Source: an uncultured Eubacteriales bacterium (GTDB lineage: Bacteria; Bacillota; Clostridia; Christensenellales; CAG-138). From it: a stretch of 64,000 nt of DNA. Every line of letters begins with the position of its first letter. Position 1 is the first letter of the stretch. The stretch spans positions 2,485-66,484 of the forward strand of contig CADBRR010000126.1 in the NCBI GenBank assembly GCA_902797145.1, given 5' to 3'. The notes under the pieces were generated by a model, which worked only from the letters and a program-made list of their open reading frames with translations, searched no databases and was not told the origin of the DNA. A program made the position numbers and the translations under genes. Positions 35,992 to 45,193 of this stretch are shown one piece after another.

Positions 35992-36108
35992 ATGATATTC
36001 TTTTTTAGCTTTGACTTTTTAATAATACTGATTATAGCATTTATTGTACTTTGCATTGGCGGCACATTGGGTTGCGTCTTAATGACATGGCTCGTTTCGA
36101 TATTGTAA
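35992..36108 (+). CDS. Candidate 38-aa hydrophobic micro-protein
   Basis: Below the ORF-track cutoff. AAGGAGG (35979..35985) 6 nt before ATG 35992. MIFFFSFDFLIILIIAFIVLCIGGTLGCVLMTWLVSIL. A hairpin + T-run follows (~36141..36175). Confidence 0.4.
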   Translation: MIFFFSFDFLIILIIAFIVLCIGGTLGCVLMTWLVSIL

Positions 36109-36217
36109 GTAATAAAATAAATAATTTCAATTATATCTCACGGGTTCGCTTTCGGGCGAGCCAAATTTTTATTCAAAAAATTTTTTAAACAACTTGATAT
36201 AAAATATCGTTCAAATC

Positions 36218-36246
36218 TTGACTTAATTATGAATTTTAGATACAAT
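36218..36246 (+). promoter_or_regulatory. Putative sigmaA promoter of dockerin protein gene
   Basis: TTGACT (36218) - 17 nt - TACAAT (36241). Confidence 0.4.
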
Positions 36247-36388
36247 ATATTTGAATATATATTTGGGTAGCATATTATTTTGACATTATTTTGCAAAAAT
36301 ATTATATGCTTCACAAATGCCTGTATAGATTATGATAAAAAAATCGGACTATATGGGGCAAAAAAATAAATTAAGGAGGTAGTTTTAA

Positions 36389-38434
36389 ATGACTACAAAG
36401 AAATTTGCAGCACTCGTTCTCGCTGTAATTATGGTTCTTGCAGTTGTACCTTTCGCAGCATTGGCACAGGCAGAAATCACAACAAAGCTTGACCCGACAA
36501 CATTCGGCGTTAAGAAAGAACAGTTGGCAGAAACAATGGGCACAAAGAGAAATACAAAAGTATTGCCCCTTGTAAACAACAATGCTGAAATTTATTCAGA
36601 AAACTTTGACGGTGATGATTTCACAGGCGCTGGCTGGAGTAAATTCTACACAGTTCAGGAAGCGACATGGGATTTCTATTTCCTCAGTCAGGATCCTACT
36701 GATATAGCTCTTGGTATCTTGAGTTCAACATCACAGCAGTATGAAACAATATTTATGCCTGTAGTTGACCTTACAGAAGCTAAGGATATGTATATCAGCT
36801 TTGCTTATGACCTTGTTGAAGTTGCAAACCCGAATCAGACAGTTTATCTCATCATGTGCGAAGGCGACCCGGCAGTAGCAGAACCTACAGTTATCGCTGA
36901 AATCCAGCCAAATACAAGGTATGATGACAGATTTGCACAGGTTGACGTTGCAATCCCTGAAGAATGGTGCAAGGCAGATGTAAACATCGGCTTCGTATAT
37001 ATGGGTCAGGGCGGTTCACGCGCATTCATCGACAACATCAAGATTGGTACATTGATGGAAGAACAGGAAATCGAAATCACATATCCTGTACACGCAATGG
37101 ACATCATCGACATGGAATGGACAGTATTCGATGCTGAAAAAACAGAAGAAGTAAAGACACTTGCAGAAGCAGGCAGTCTCCTCACAGCAGCAGATTATGC
37201 TTACGGCACAATCTATGGTGTTGAATATCAGTCAAACGAAATTATAAAGATTGATCCCGAAACATATGAAGAAACACGTGTAGGCGTTGCATTCCCGAAC
37301 ACAGTTACAGATATGGCATTCAGCTACAAGACAAACAAGATGTACTTCTTGGTATCACGTACTGAAGGCGAATATATGTACACAGATCTTTACGAAATGG
37401 ATATCGCAGATACAGACTGCACAGTTAATTATGTAGCTCCTATAATTCTCAACTATAATGGTGAAGAAATTGGTGCATACGGATACGGTATCGCTTGTGA
37501 ACCTAACGGTCACATCGTAGTTCTTATGCCTAGCGGATACTTCCTCGTAGGCAGCCCTGAAACAGGCGTTTGCGAACTTATGTTTGGTGTAGTTGATGGC
37601 GATGGCAACCCCGTTCATCAGGCAGGCATACAGTCAATCACATACGACTGGAACAACGATCTTTACTACTGGGCATACTATGATATCGAAAGCGAAGTTG
37701 CTGAATTCTATCATCTCGTAATCGAAGTTCCCGAAGAAATCGAAGATGCTTCAAAGCTTGGAAAGGGCTTGAGATATATCGGCGTAACACATAATGCATG
37801 TGAATACACAGCAATCTTCACAGTAAATGAAAACGAACCCGAACCTCCTACACCCATCGAAAAGTTCACAGTTGAATTCTTTGATTGGAACGGCAGACTT
37901 CTTTCAAAGCAGAGAGTAGTAAAGGGTGAAGATGCAGTAGCACCTGAAGATCCTACAAGAACAGGTTATGTATTTGTAGGTTGGGATAAGGACTTCACAA
38001 ATGTACAGGAAGACATCGAAGTAACAGCTGTTTATGAAAAGGAAGCTCCCAAGATGTTCAATGTAACATTCGTTGATGGTTTGACAGGCGACATCCTTGC
38101 AATGCAGCAGGTTGAAGAAGGCGAAAGCGCAACAGCTCCTGAAACTCCCATACACGAAGGCTATAAGTTCATCGGTTGGGATAAGGACTTCAGAAAGATA
38201 ACTGAAGACATCGTAGTTACAGCTCTTTATGAAAAAGTAAAGGAACTCAAGGGCGACGTTGACCAGAACGGCGTAATTGAAGCAGCAGACGCTACAGAAA
38301 TTCTCCGTGTTGTTGCACAGCTTGAAACACTCAAGGTTTCTGAAACAGTTGCAGATGCAAACAATGACGGTATCGTAGACAGCGGTGACGCTACAAAGAT
38401 TCTCCGTGTTGTTGCACAGCTTGAAGAAATGTAA
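36389..38434 (+). CDS. Secreted multidomain dockerin-bearing protein
   Basis: 681 aa. Signal peptide, N-terminal choice-of-anchor-J-like domain (ENFDG..GW...IDNIKIG), two Listeria-Bacteroides-type repeats (GYVFVGWDKDF.., GYKFIGWDKDF..), C-terminal dockerin (GDVDQNGVIEAADATEILRVVAQL / DANNDGIVDSGDATKILRVVAQL). Confidence 0.75.
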   Translation: MTTKKFAALVLAVIMVLAVVPFAALAQAEITTKLDPTTFGVKKEQLAETMGTKRNTKVLPLVNNNAEIYSENFDGDDFTGAGWSKFYTVQEATWDFYFLSQDPTDIALGILSSTSQQYETIFMPVVDLTEAKDMYISFAYDLVEVANPNQTVYLIMCEGDPAVAEPTVIAEIQPNTRYDDRFAQVDVAIPEEWCKADVNIGFVYMGQGGSRAFIDNIKIGTLMEEQEIEITYPVHAMDIIDMEWTVFDAEKTEEVKTLAEAGSLLTAADYAYGTIYGVEYQSNEIIKIDPETYEETRVGVAFPNTVTDMAFSYKTNKMYFLVSRTEGEYMYTDLYEMDIADTDCTVNYVAPIILNYNGEEIGAYGYGIACEPNGHIVVLMPSGYFLVGSPETGVCELMFGVVDGDGNPVHQAGIQSITYDWNNDLYYWAYYDIESEVAEFYHLVIEVPEEIEDASKLGKGLRYIGVTHNACEYTAIFTVNENEPEPPTPIEKFTVEFFDWNGRLLSKQRVVKGEDAVAPEDPTRTGYVFVGWDKDFTNVQEDIEVTAVYEKEAPKMFNVTFVDGLTGDILAMQQVEEGESATAPETPIHEGYKFIGWDKDFRKITEDIVVTALYEKVKELKGDVDQNGVIEAADATEILRVVAQLETLKVSETVADANNDGIVDSGDATKILRVVAQLEEM

Positions 38435-38459
38435 TATAATTTCATAGCAAAACACAATA

Positions 38460-38494
38460 GGGCTTGCTCGAAAGGGCAAGCCCTTAAATTTTTT
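38460..38494 (+). terminator. Intrinsic terminator
   Basis: GGGCTTGC-TCGAAAGG-GCAAGCCC followed by TTAAATTTTTT. Confidence 0.75.
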
Positions 38495-38685
38495 AAGCCC
38501 TTAAATTATTGAATTTTTTGTTGCATTTATGTTAAAAATGTGATAAAATTATTATGTATTTATTTACGAAAGGTGGTTTTGCATTTATTGCATAAAATCC
38601 CGATGGGTCGGAGATATTTTTGCATACAATTAAAAGAATTTTTTGAGTTACGTTATTAAAGGTAGAATTTTAAGGAGTATTTATC

Positions 38686-40092
38686 ATGGAAAAGTTTTTT
38701 AAATTAAAGGAACACAACACAACTGTTCGTACAGAAATCATGGCAGGTTTAACAACGTTCTTTGCAATGGTTTACATTCTTATGGTAAACGCAGGAATGT
38801 TCGCTAATCCTTTCGGCGACGGCACAAACGTACTCGGCGTTTCATATGGCGCAATCTATATTGCAACAGCTATTTCAGCAGTTATCGGTACGCTTCTCAT
38901 CGGTTTGCTTTCAAATCTTCCTCTTGCACAGGCAAGCGGCATGGGGCTTAACGCATTCTTCGTATATACAGTTTGCGTAGGCTTTGGTCTTTCATATGCA
39001 AATGCACTCGTTCTCGTTCTTATTGACGGTATCGTATTTATTCTTTTAACAGTAACAGGTCTTCGAAAGCAGATTTTTGAAGCAATCCCCGATGCAGTAA
39101 GAAAGACAATCCCGGCAGGTATCGGTCTTTTCATCGCATTCTTGGGACTCCAGAATGCAGGTATCGTAGCTAAGGATGCATCAACAGGCGTTACACTCGG
39201 ATCATTCAACCTTCTTGCAGGTAGCTGGGCTGACATTATGCCACTTGTTGTAACAATCGTAGCATTCCTCGCAATCTGCATTATGGCAAAGAAGAAAGTA
39301 AAGGGCGCTGTTCTTTTCGGAATTCTCGGCGGTGCAGCACTTTATTACTTGCTCGGCCTCACAACAGGTATGTATGATACATTCACAATTACAATGGAAA
39401 GCCCCGTTGAAGCATTCAAGGCATTTGGCAGCGAAGCATTTGGTAAGGTATTCACAGAAGGCTTTGATTTCTCAGCATACACAGCAGCTCATGGCACAGC
39501 AAATCTTGTTCTCACAATCTGCACAACAGCTCTTGCATTCTGCATGGTAGATATGTTCGATACACTCGGAACACTCTATGGCGCTTGCTCAAGAGGCGGT
39601 ATGCTCACACAGGACGGCAAAGTTCCGAATATGGACAAGGCTATGCTCGCAGATGCAGTTGCAACAACAACAGGCGCTATCTGCGGTACATCAACAGTTA
39701 CAACATTCGTTGAATCAGCATCAGGCGTTGCAGAAGGCGGCAGAACAGGTCTTACATCAATCGTAACAGGTATCCTCTTCTTCATCGCAATGTTCTTGAG
39801 CCCGATAGCTCAGCTCGTTCCGGGTTGTGCAACAGCAGCAGCGCTCGTATACGTAGGCGTTCTTATGGTTGGTTGTGTTAAGGATATAGATTGGAACGCA
39901 ATCGAAATTTCAGTTCCTGCATTCCTCACAATGGCAATGATGCCTTTCACATATAATATCTCATACGGTATTGCATTTGGTCTTTTGTCATACGTCGTAA
40001 TCAACCTCTTCACAGGCAAAGCAAAGAGCATCAAGGTTGGAACATGGGTTATCACAATCCTGTTTGCTGCAATGCTTCTCTTGACTCACTAA
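38686..40092 (+). CDS. NCS2-family purine (adenine/guanine/hypoxanthine) permease, AzgA/PbuG-like
   Basis: 468 aa. MEKFFKLKEHNTTVRTEIMAGLTTFFAMVYI, multi-TM, ESASGVAEGGRTGLT motif. Confidence 0.88.
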   Translation: MEKFFKLKEHNTTVRTEIMAGLTTFFAMVYILMVNAGMFANPFGDGTNVLGVSYGAIYIATAISAVIGTLLIGLLSNLPLAQASGMGLNAFFVYTVCVGFGLSYANALVLVLIDGIVFILLTVTGLRKQIFEAIPDAVRKTIPAGIGLFIAFLGLQNAGIVAKDASTGVTLGSFNLLAGSWADIMPLVVTIVAFLAICIMAKKKVKGAVLFGILGGAALYYLLGLTTGMYDTFTITMESPVEAFKAFGSEAFGKVFTEGFDFSAYTAAHGTANLVLTICTTALAFCMVDMFDTLGTLYGACSRGGMLTQDGKVPNMDKAMLADAVATTTGAICGTSTVTTFVESASGVAEGGRTGLTSIVTGILFFIAMFLSPIAQLVPGCATAAALVYVGVLMVGCVKDIDWNAIEISVPAFLTMAMMPFTYNISYGIAFGLLSYVVINLFTGKAKSIKVGTWVITILFAAMLLLTH

Positions 40093-40150
40093 TTTCTGAA
40101 TTTATTAAATGATTTTAATTGAATAATCTTCGACCCACGGATAAATCAAG

Positions 40151-40181
40151 GCACACTGTTATGAAAATAGTGTGCTTTTTT
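40151..40181 (+). terminator. Intrinsic terminator
   Basis: GCACACT-11 nt loop-AGTGTGC + T6. Confidence 0.75.
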
Positions 40182-40190
40182 GTATTATTA

Positions 40191-40219
40191 TTGACTATTA
40201 CGGTATAAAATGTTATAAT
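40191..40219 (+). promoter_or_regulatory. Consensus-like sigmaA promoter
   Basis: TTGACT (40191) - 17 nt - TATAAT (40214). Confidence 0.5.
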
Positions 40220-40250
40220 AAGCTAAAAATGAAGAAAGGAGGAATAGTAT

Positions 40251-40673
40251 ATGAGTATGCAACAGGCTCTCGCAAGCCTTGCAGCAGCTGGCGCAGTTGT
40301 AATTATTATCGGTATTGCACTTGTAGTATTTTTAATAGTTACAATGTGGAAGATTTTTGAAAAAGCTGGTGTAGCAGGATGGAAATCAATCATACCTATC
40401 TATAATTCAGTTTGTATGTTTAAGATTGTTGGTATGACACCTTGGTTTACACTTATAGTAATTATTCTTGGCGCACTCACACCTGATTTAGTTGGCTCAG
40501 TAGTTTCATCAATCGCACAAATAGCAACTCTTGTTATTTCAATCATCGAAATGGTAAAGCTTGCAAAGGTATTTGGCAAAGGCGGCGGATTCGCAGTAGG
40601 ACTTATCTTTTTACCCGTAATATTCTTGCCTATACTCGCATTTGGCGACGCAGAATATGTTGGTGTTGAATAA
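40251..40673 (+). CDS. DUF5684-like small membrane protein
   Basis: 140 aa. MWKIFEKAGVAGWKSIIPIYNSVCMFKIVG signature, 3-4 TM. Confidence 0.6.
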   Translation: MSMQQALASLAAAGAVVIIIGIALVVFLIVTMWKIFEKAGVAGWKSIIPIYNSVCMFKIVGMTPWFTLIVIILGALTPDLVGSVVSSIAQIATLVISIIEMVKLAKVFGKGGGFAVGLIFLPVIFLPILAFGDAEYVGVE

Positions 40674-40689
40674 TTTATTATTCGCACAT

Positions 40690-40730
40690 AACTCCTTGAA
40701 TACAATCGTATTCAGGAGTTTTATTTTTTT
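40690..40730 (+). terminator. Intrinsic terminator
   Basis: AACTCCTTGAATAC-AATC-GTATTCAGGAGTT (one bulge) + TTATTTTTTT. Confidence 0.8.
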
Positions 40731-40791
40731 GAAAATATATTTTACATGGGCATTTTGTTGTGATATATTATTCTTTGTGGAGGAAGAATAT

Positions 40792-41517
40792 ATGTACGAT
40801 ATAGAATTTGTAAAAAGAATACTCGATTCAAAGAAAGCCCTGACAATAGATATGTCAGAGGCGATAAGTCGTGGAAATCTCGACAGAATAATTTATGCAA
40901 CAGAACACGCAGTAATGTTGCGCCATAAGGCAACGGAATTTATGTTGTGGGCAGATGATTACGATGAAGCAGTAAAAGCAATAGAATGCGCAAAGGCATC
41001 ATCTGAAAAGTTCAAAATGTGCGTATGCCATGGCGAAGAATCAATAAAAGCCATAGAAAACAATACCGAGTTTGAACTCGGCAAGCGTTGCAGACAATAT
41101 TGTAACTACTCAAAAGAACATACACCGTTAAAAGGCATATGCGATATAGTTCCGCTTGAAGAAAGCGATATTCCAATAGTTTTAAAAAACTACCATGACG
41201 GTTCCGATGAATATATAAGGCGCAATATGAAAGACGGAACGATATTCAAAGCTGTAATTGACGGAAAAACAGCAGGATTTATAGGTCTTCATAGTGACGG
41301 AAGCACAGGGATGTTGACCGTACTTCCCGAATATAGGCGAAGAGGAATTGCACTTGAGCTTGAAAGCTTCATGCAAAATTTCGAAATAGACAAAGGCTGG
41401 ATACCGTATGGTCAGGTTTATTTTGATAACGAAGCTTCAATCCAGCTTCAAGCAAAAATCGGTATGACAATATCCGATGGCTATATTTCGTGGAACTTTG
41501 AAGAAGATGATATTTAA
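40792..41517 (+). CDS. GNAT-family N-acetyltransferase (C-terminal domain)
   Basis: ORF 40642..41517, trimmed to ATG 40792 behind GGAGG. GFIGLHSDGSTGMLTVLPEYRRRGIALELE acetyl-CoA motif. Confidence 0.6.
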   Translation: MYDIEFVKRILDSKKALTIDMSEAISRGNLDRIIYATEHAVMLRHKATEFMLWADDYDEAVKAIECAKASSEKFKMCVCHGEESIKAIENNTEFELGKRCRQYCNYSKEHTPLKGICDIVPLEESDIPIVLKNYHDGSDEYIRRNMKDGTIFKAVIDGKTAGFIGLHSDGSTGMLTVLPEYRRRGIALELESFMQNFEIDKGWIPYGQVYFDNEASIQLQAKIGMTISDGYISWNFEEDDI

Positions 41518-42314
41518 TATTCTTTAAATACTTTCTTCATAGCGTCGTATATTATAGAATCGTTGGAAGTAAGCGCAATTTTAAGCTTGCTTCCCGTTCT
41601 CGATTTATAGCGAATGAACGAGTCTATTGCAATCTTAATCGACCTTTCGGGCGGAAATAGCTTATAACCTGTTGAAAGGCAAGGAAAAACAATGTTTTCT
41701 GCGGAGTTTTCATCAGCGCAAATGAGGCAGTTTTCATATAGCTTTGCGAGCTTTTTTTCAGCGGTTTGACGATAGGGCGAAAGCGGAGAGTACACAACCG
41801 GACCTACAACATGGATTATCTTGTTGCAAAAAAGATTATATGAATATGTGACTGCAATATCGCCAATACGCATTTTGCCACCTCGTTCATCTAATATGTG
41901 CTGGCATTCATATTTAAGCTGAAAACCTGCAAATGTATGTATCCAATTATCCGTGCAATCATGATACGGAACCGGACAGCCGATAAACGTTCTGCAAGCC
42001 TCGTTTACAAGGAAATCGCATTTGAACGCAGCAATGTTTTCAAACCCAATATAAATATCTTCAAACATCTCGCCTGCGCTCTCCAAATCTTCAAAAAATT
42101 TGAGCCCGTAGTCGATAAGCGTATTCTGGAGATAATCATTTTGCACGTCAAGGAACTCATCAGATGGCAAAATATACGGATTCCTTGCATTAAGAAGCGC
42201 AGTAAGCAGGAATTCCCTGCCACCGCCCACCTGAACAACAGATGGGTCTATTTCAGATAAACCTTCCTTGATGAGATAATCAATCATGTAAAATTCTTGT
42301 TCTTGCCTATTCAT
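41514..42314 (-). CDS. Macro-domain protein of the protein-ADP-ribose hydrolase type (variant active-site strings)
   Basis: 266 aa. LLTALLNARNPY..EFLDVQNDYL, IGCPVPYHDCTDNWIHTFAG, IIHVVGPV, FPCLSTGYKLFP. Colinear with ~266-aa Firmicute macrodomain hydrolases. Confidence 0.6.
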   Translation of the reverse strand: MNRQEQEFYMIDYLIKEGLSEIDPSVVQVGGGREFLLTALLNARNPYILPSDEFLDVQNDYLQNTLIDYGLKFFEDLESAGEMFEDIYIGFENIAAFKCDFLVNEACRTFIGCPVPYHDCTDNWIHTFAGFQLKYECQHILDERGGKMRIGDIAVTYSYNLFCNKIIHVVGPVVYSPLSPYRQTAEKKLAKLYENCLICADENSAENIVFPCLSTGYKLFPPERSIKIAIDSFIRYKSRTGSKLKIALTSNDSIIYDAMKKVFKEY

Positions 42315-42392
42315 ATTGTTCTCCGTCTTTATTTATGTGACTATTATAACATAATAAAGCAAATTAGTGAACAATAAATCGGAGATAAAATT

Positions 42393-43787
42393 ATGATAAC
42401 GTTTATTTTTGATAACAAATCAGCAATTCCTATGTATGAACAGCTATATCGGTTCATAAAAGGTGAAATTTCATCTGGTAGTATTAAAAGCGGTGAAAAA
42501 CTTCCGTCAAAGCGGAAACTCGCAGAACATTTAAATATTAGCATCGTAACAGTAGAAGGCGCATATAACCAACTGTTGGCAGAAGGCTATATCCGCTCCG
42601 AACCAAGAAGTGGTTATTTCGTGTCGCCTGTTGAAATAAGGCATAATGATAACAAGAATATCGTTTCCACAAAATCAGCAGAAAATAGGGTGATTTCAAA
42701 TTTTTATAAGTATAATTTTACAACTTCGAGCGCAAGCGCAGAAAGCTTTCCATTTTCGTTGTGGGCAAAGCTTATGAGGGAAACGCTCTCAGAAAAGGAG
42801 CGTATGCTGTTGCTTTCAAGCCCTGCTCAGGGAGTGTATGAGCTTCGTAAAGAAATTTCTGAGTATCTTATGAATTATAGAGGTGTATCGGTTTCGCCCG
42901 ATTCAATAGTTGTCGGCGCAGGCTCAGAATATCTTATGAGCATAATGATTCCGCTCATTGGAAGGGATAAAGTTTTCGGCTATGAAGATCCCGGTTATCC
43001 TCGAATACATAAAGTCCTTGAAAGAAACGATGTAAAATGCAAAAGCGTTGGGCTTGATGAACATGGCTTGATTTGCGAAGAGCTTGATGATATAGATGTA
43101 ATTCATGTAACTCCGTCACACCATTTTCCGCTCGGCGTTGTAATGCCTGTTCAAAGGCGAATGAAGTTGCTTGCGTGGGCTAATAAGTCGGACTCACGCT
43201 ATGTTATTGAAGATGATTACGATAGCGAATTTCGTTTTACCGGCAAACCTATTCCTGCACTTAAAAGCCTCGATGAACACGATAAAGTTATATATCTTAA
43301 TACGTTCACGAGAAGCCTTGCACCGTCATTGAGAATAAGCTATATGGTTCTTCCCGATTCGCTGATAAATAAATACAGGAACGAAACGAATTATTTTTCC
43401 TGCCCCGTTCCGACATTTGAACAGTTCACACTCGCAAGCTTTATGCGCAAAGGCGGTTTTGAACGACATATAGGCAGAATGAAGAACATCTGTAAATCAA
43501 AGCGTGATGCGTTTGTAAACGAAATAACAAAAAGTTCAATAAATGCAACATTTAGCGGCGTAAATGACGGACTTCATATGCTTATGCAGGTAAATAATTC
43601 AATGACCGAAAAGGAGCTTGTAAAAGCTGCTGCAAGCGTTAATATACTAATGCGTGGATTATCCGAATACTATATAGAACCCCATGCCCATAAATGCCCC
43701 GAAAGCACAGTTGTTATAGGCTATGCAGGGCTTGAAGAACAGGAAATTCACGATGCAGTAAAGCTGCTCGAAAAAGCGTGGAAATAG
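42393..43787 (+). CDS. MocR/PdxR-type GntR-family regulator (wHTH + aminotransferase-like domain)
   Basis: 464 aa. N-terminal GEKLPSKRKLAEHLNISIVTVEGAYNQLLAEGYI, C-terminal fold-type I PLP domain (TFTRSLAPSLRISY). Confidence 0.85.
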   Translation: MITFIFDNKSAIPMYEQLYRFIKGEISSGSIKSGEKLPSKRKLAEHLNISIVTVEGAYNQLLAEGYIRSEPRSGYFVSPVEIRHNDNKNIVSTKSAENRVISNFYKYNFTTSSASAESFPFSLWAKLMRETLSEKERMLLLSSPAQGVYELRKEISEYLMNYRGVSVSPDSIVVGAGSEYLMSIMIPLIGRDKVFGYEDPGYPRIHKVLERNDVKCKSVGLDEHGLICEELDDIDVIHVTPSHHFPLGVVMPVQRRMKLLAWANKSDSRYVIEDDYDSEFRFTGKPIPALKSLDEHDKVIYLNTFTRSLAPSLRISYMVLPDSLINKYRNETNYFSCPVPTFEQFTLASFMRKGGFERHIGRMKNICKSKRDAFVNEITKSSINATFSGVNDGLHMLMQVNNSMTEKELVKAAASVNILMRGLSEYYIEPHAHKCPESTVVIGYAGLEEQEIHDAVKLLEKAWK

Positions 43788-43837
43788 AATTAGCATACAA
43801 TGCAAAAACCCCGAACATAGCCGTTCGGGATTTTAAT

Positions 43838-45193
43838 TTATTTCATATCTTTAATTTTTTCAACAACTTGTTCAAGGTGCATACCATGCGAAGCCTTTAC
43901 AAGAACAGTATCGCCGTTTTGGAGAATATCGCTTATACTTGCGATAAGCTTTTCCTTTGTTTCAAAGTAAATAACGCTTGTTTTACCGCCCTTTGCACCA
44001 TCTGCCATATGCGAAGAGAGCTTACCTACGCAAACAAGAACATCAATTCCCTTGTCCTTTGCATATTCGCCAACGGAGCGGTGGAACTCGTTTTCATTGT
44101 CGCCAAGCTCCAGCATATCGCCAAGGATAGCAACAGTTCTCGTGTTCGTGCTCGCAAGAACATCAATTGATGCTTTCGTTGAAACAGGGTTTGCGTTGTA
44201 GCAATCGCTTATTACAGTAACAAAATCAGTCCTTATAACATTCGTTCTGTCACCCTCGGTCCTGAAAGATTCAATGCCCTTTACAATATCGTCATCAGAA
44301 ACGGAAAGAATTTTGCCAACAGCGTATGCGCATAACGCATTAAGCACCATATGCCTGCCCGGAACGAGCGTTCTTGCATGAACCTTGCCCGATTTTGAAA
44401 CAATATCAAACTCACAGCCGGCAATTCCTAAATCACATACATTTTCTGCACGAACATCATTATAGCTGTTAAAGCCAAACCTTACCCTGTTAAGCCCGTC
44501 ATATTCGTAATTTTCAAGCTTGTCGTCATCTCCGTTTATAACCATGTATCCGCCCTTTTTAACAAATGGCATACATTCAGTCTTTGCTTTGAGGACACCG
44601 TTGCGGTCTTTGAGGTTTTCAAGATGCGCAATACCTATGTTTGTAAGGACAACAATGTTGGGCTTAACCATTTTCGCAAGCCTCGTCATCTCGCCGAAAT
44701 CGCTTATTCCCATTTCAATAACTGCCGCCTCGTGCTTGTCGTTAAGCCTCAAAAGCGTAAACGGAACGCCTATCTCGTTGTTGTGGTTGCCCTCGGTTAT
44801 AAGAGTGTTAAAATGCTGATTAAGGACAGAACCTATCATTCCCTTTGTAGAAGTCTTTCCAACACTTCCAGAAACAGATACTACAGGAATAGTAAATTTT
44901 TCCCTGTAATATTCTGCTATTTTCTTTATAGCTTCAAGCGTGGACTCAACAACGATGTATGGTTTATCTGTATCAATATCGTGTTCAACAAGGCAGCATA
45001 CTGCACCCTTTTCATAACAGGATTGTACAAAATTATGTCCGTCTGCCCTTTCGCCCTTTATTGCAACGAATAGCGTTCCATGACCAACTTTTCTACTGTC
45101 CTGCTCAAAGCTCATCACAACATCATCAAGCCTTAATTCATCGCCTGAATACCTGCCATCACACGCATTTAATACTTCACGCAAAGTAATCAT
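43838..45193 (-). CDS. murF: UDP-MurNAc-tripeptide--D-Ala-D-Ala ligase
   Basis: 451 aa. Mur ligase P-loop SGSVGKTSTK, NAHLE-type region IAHLENL, DCYNANP. Confidence 0.9.
   Translation of the reverse strand: MITLREVLNACDGRYSGDELRLDDVVMSFEQDSRKVGHGTLFVAIKGERADGHNFVQSCYEKGAVCCLVEHDIDTDKPYIVVESTLEAIKKIAEYYREKFTIPVVSVSGSVGKTSTKGMIGSVLNQHFNTLITEGNHNNEIGVPFTLLRLNDKHEAAVIEMGISDFGEMTRLAKMVKPNIVVLTNIGIAHLENLKDRNGVLKAKTECMPFVKKGGYMVINGDDDKLENYEYDGLNRVRFGFNSYNDVRAENVCDLGIAGCEFDIVSKSGKVHARTLVPGRHMVLNALCAYAVGKILSVSDDDIVKGIESFRTEGDRTNVIRTDFVTVISDCYNANPVSTKASIDVLASTNTRTVAILGDMLELGDNENEFHRSVGEYAKDKGIDVLVCVGKLSSHMADGAKGGKTSVIYFETKEKLIASISDILQNGDTVLVKASHGMHLEQVVEKIKDMK

Noticed and set aside
38478-38507. 13-nt direct duplication AAGCCCTTAAATT x2 (38478..38490, 38495..38507).
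   Set aside because: It is a duplicated copy of the 3' arm and tail of the terminator at 38460..38494. It is probably a slippage scar with no evident function.
38521-38685. Expected a purine riboswitch upstream of the NCS2 purine permease.
   Set aside because: No match to the conserved purine aptamer core (UAUA..GGAUAUGGC..UUUCUACC..CCGUAAAU..CCGACUAUG). Only a TTGCAT-17-TAAAAT promoter-like pair and three TTGCAT repeats are present. Worth a cmsearch, but not supportable by eye.
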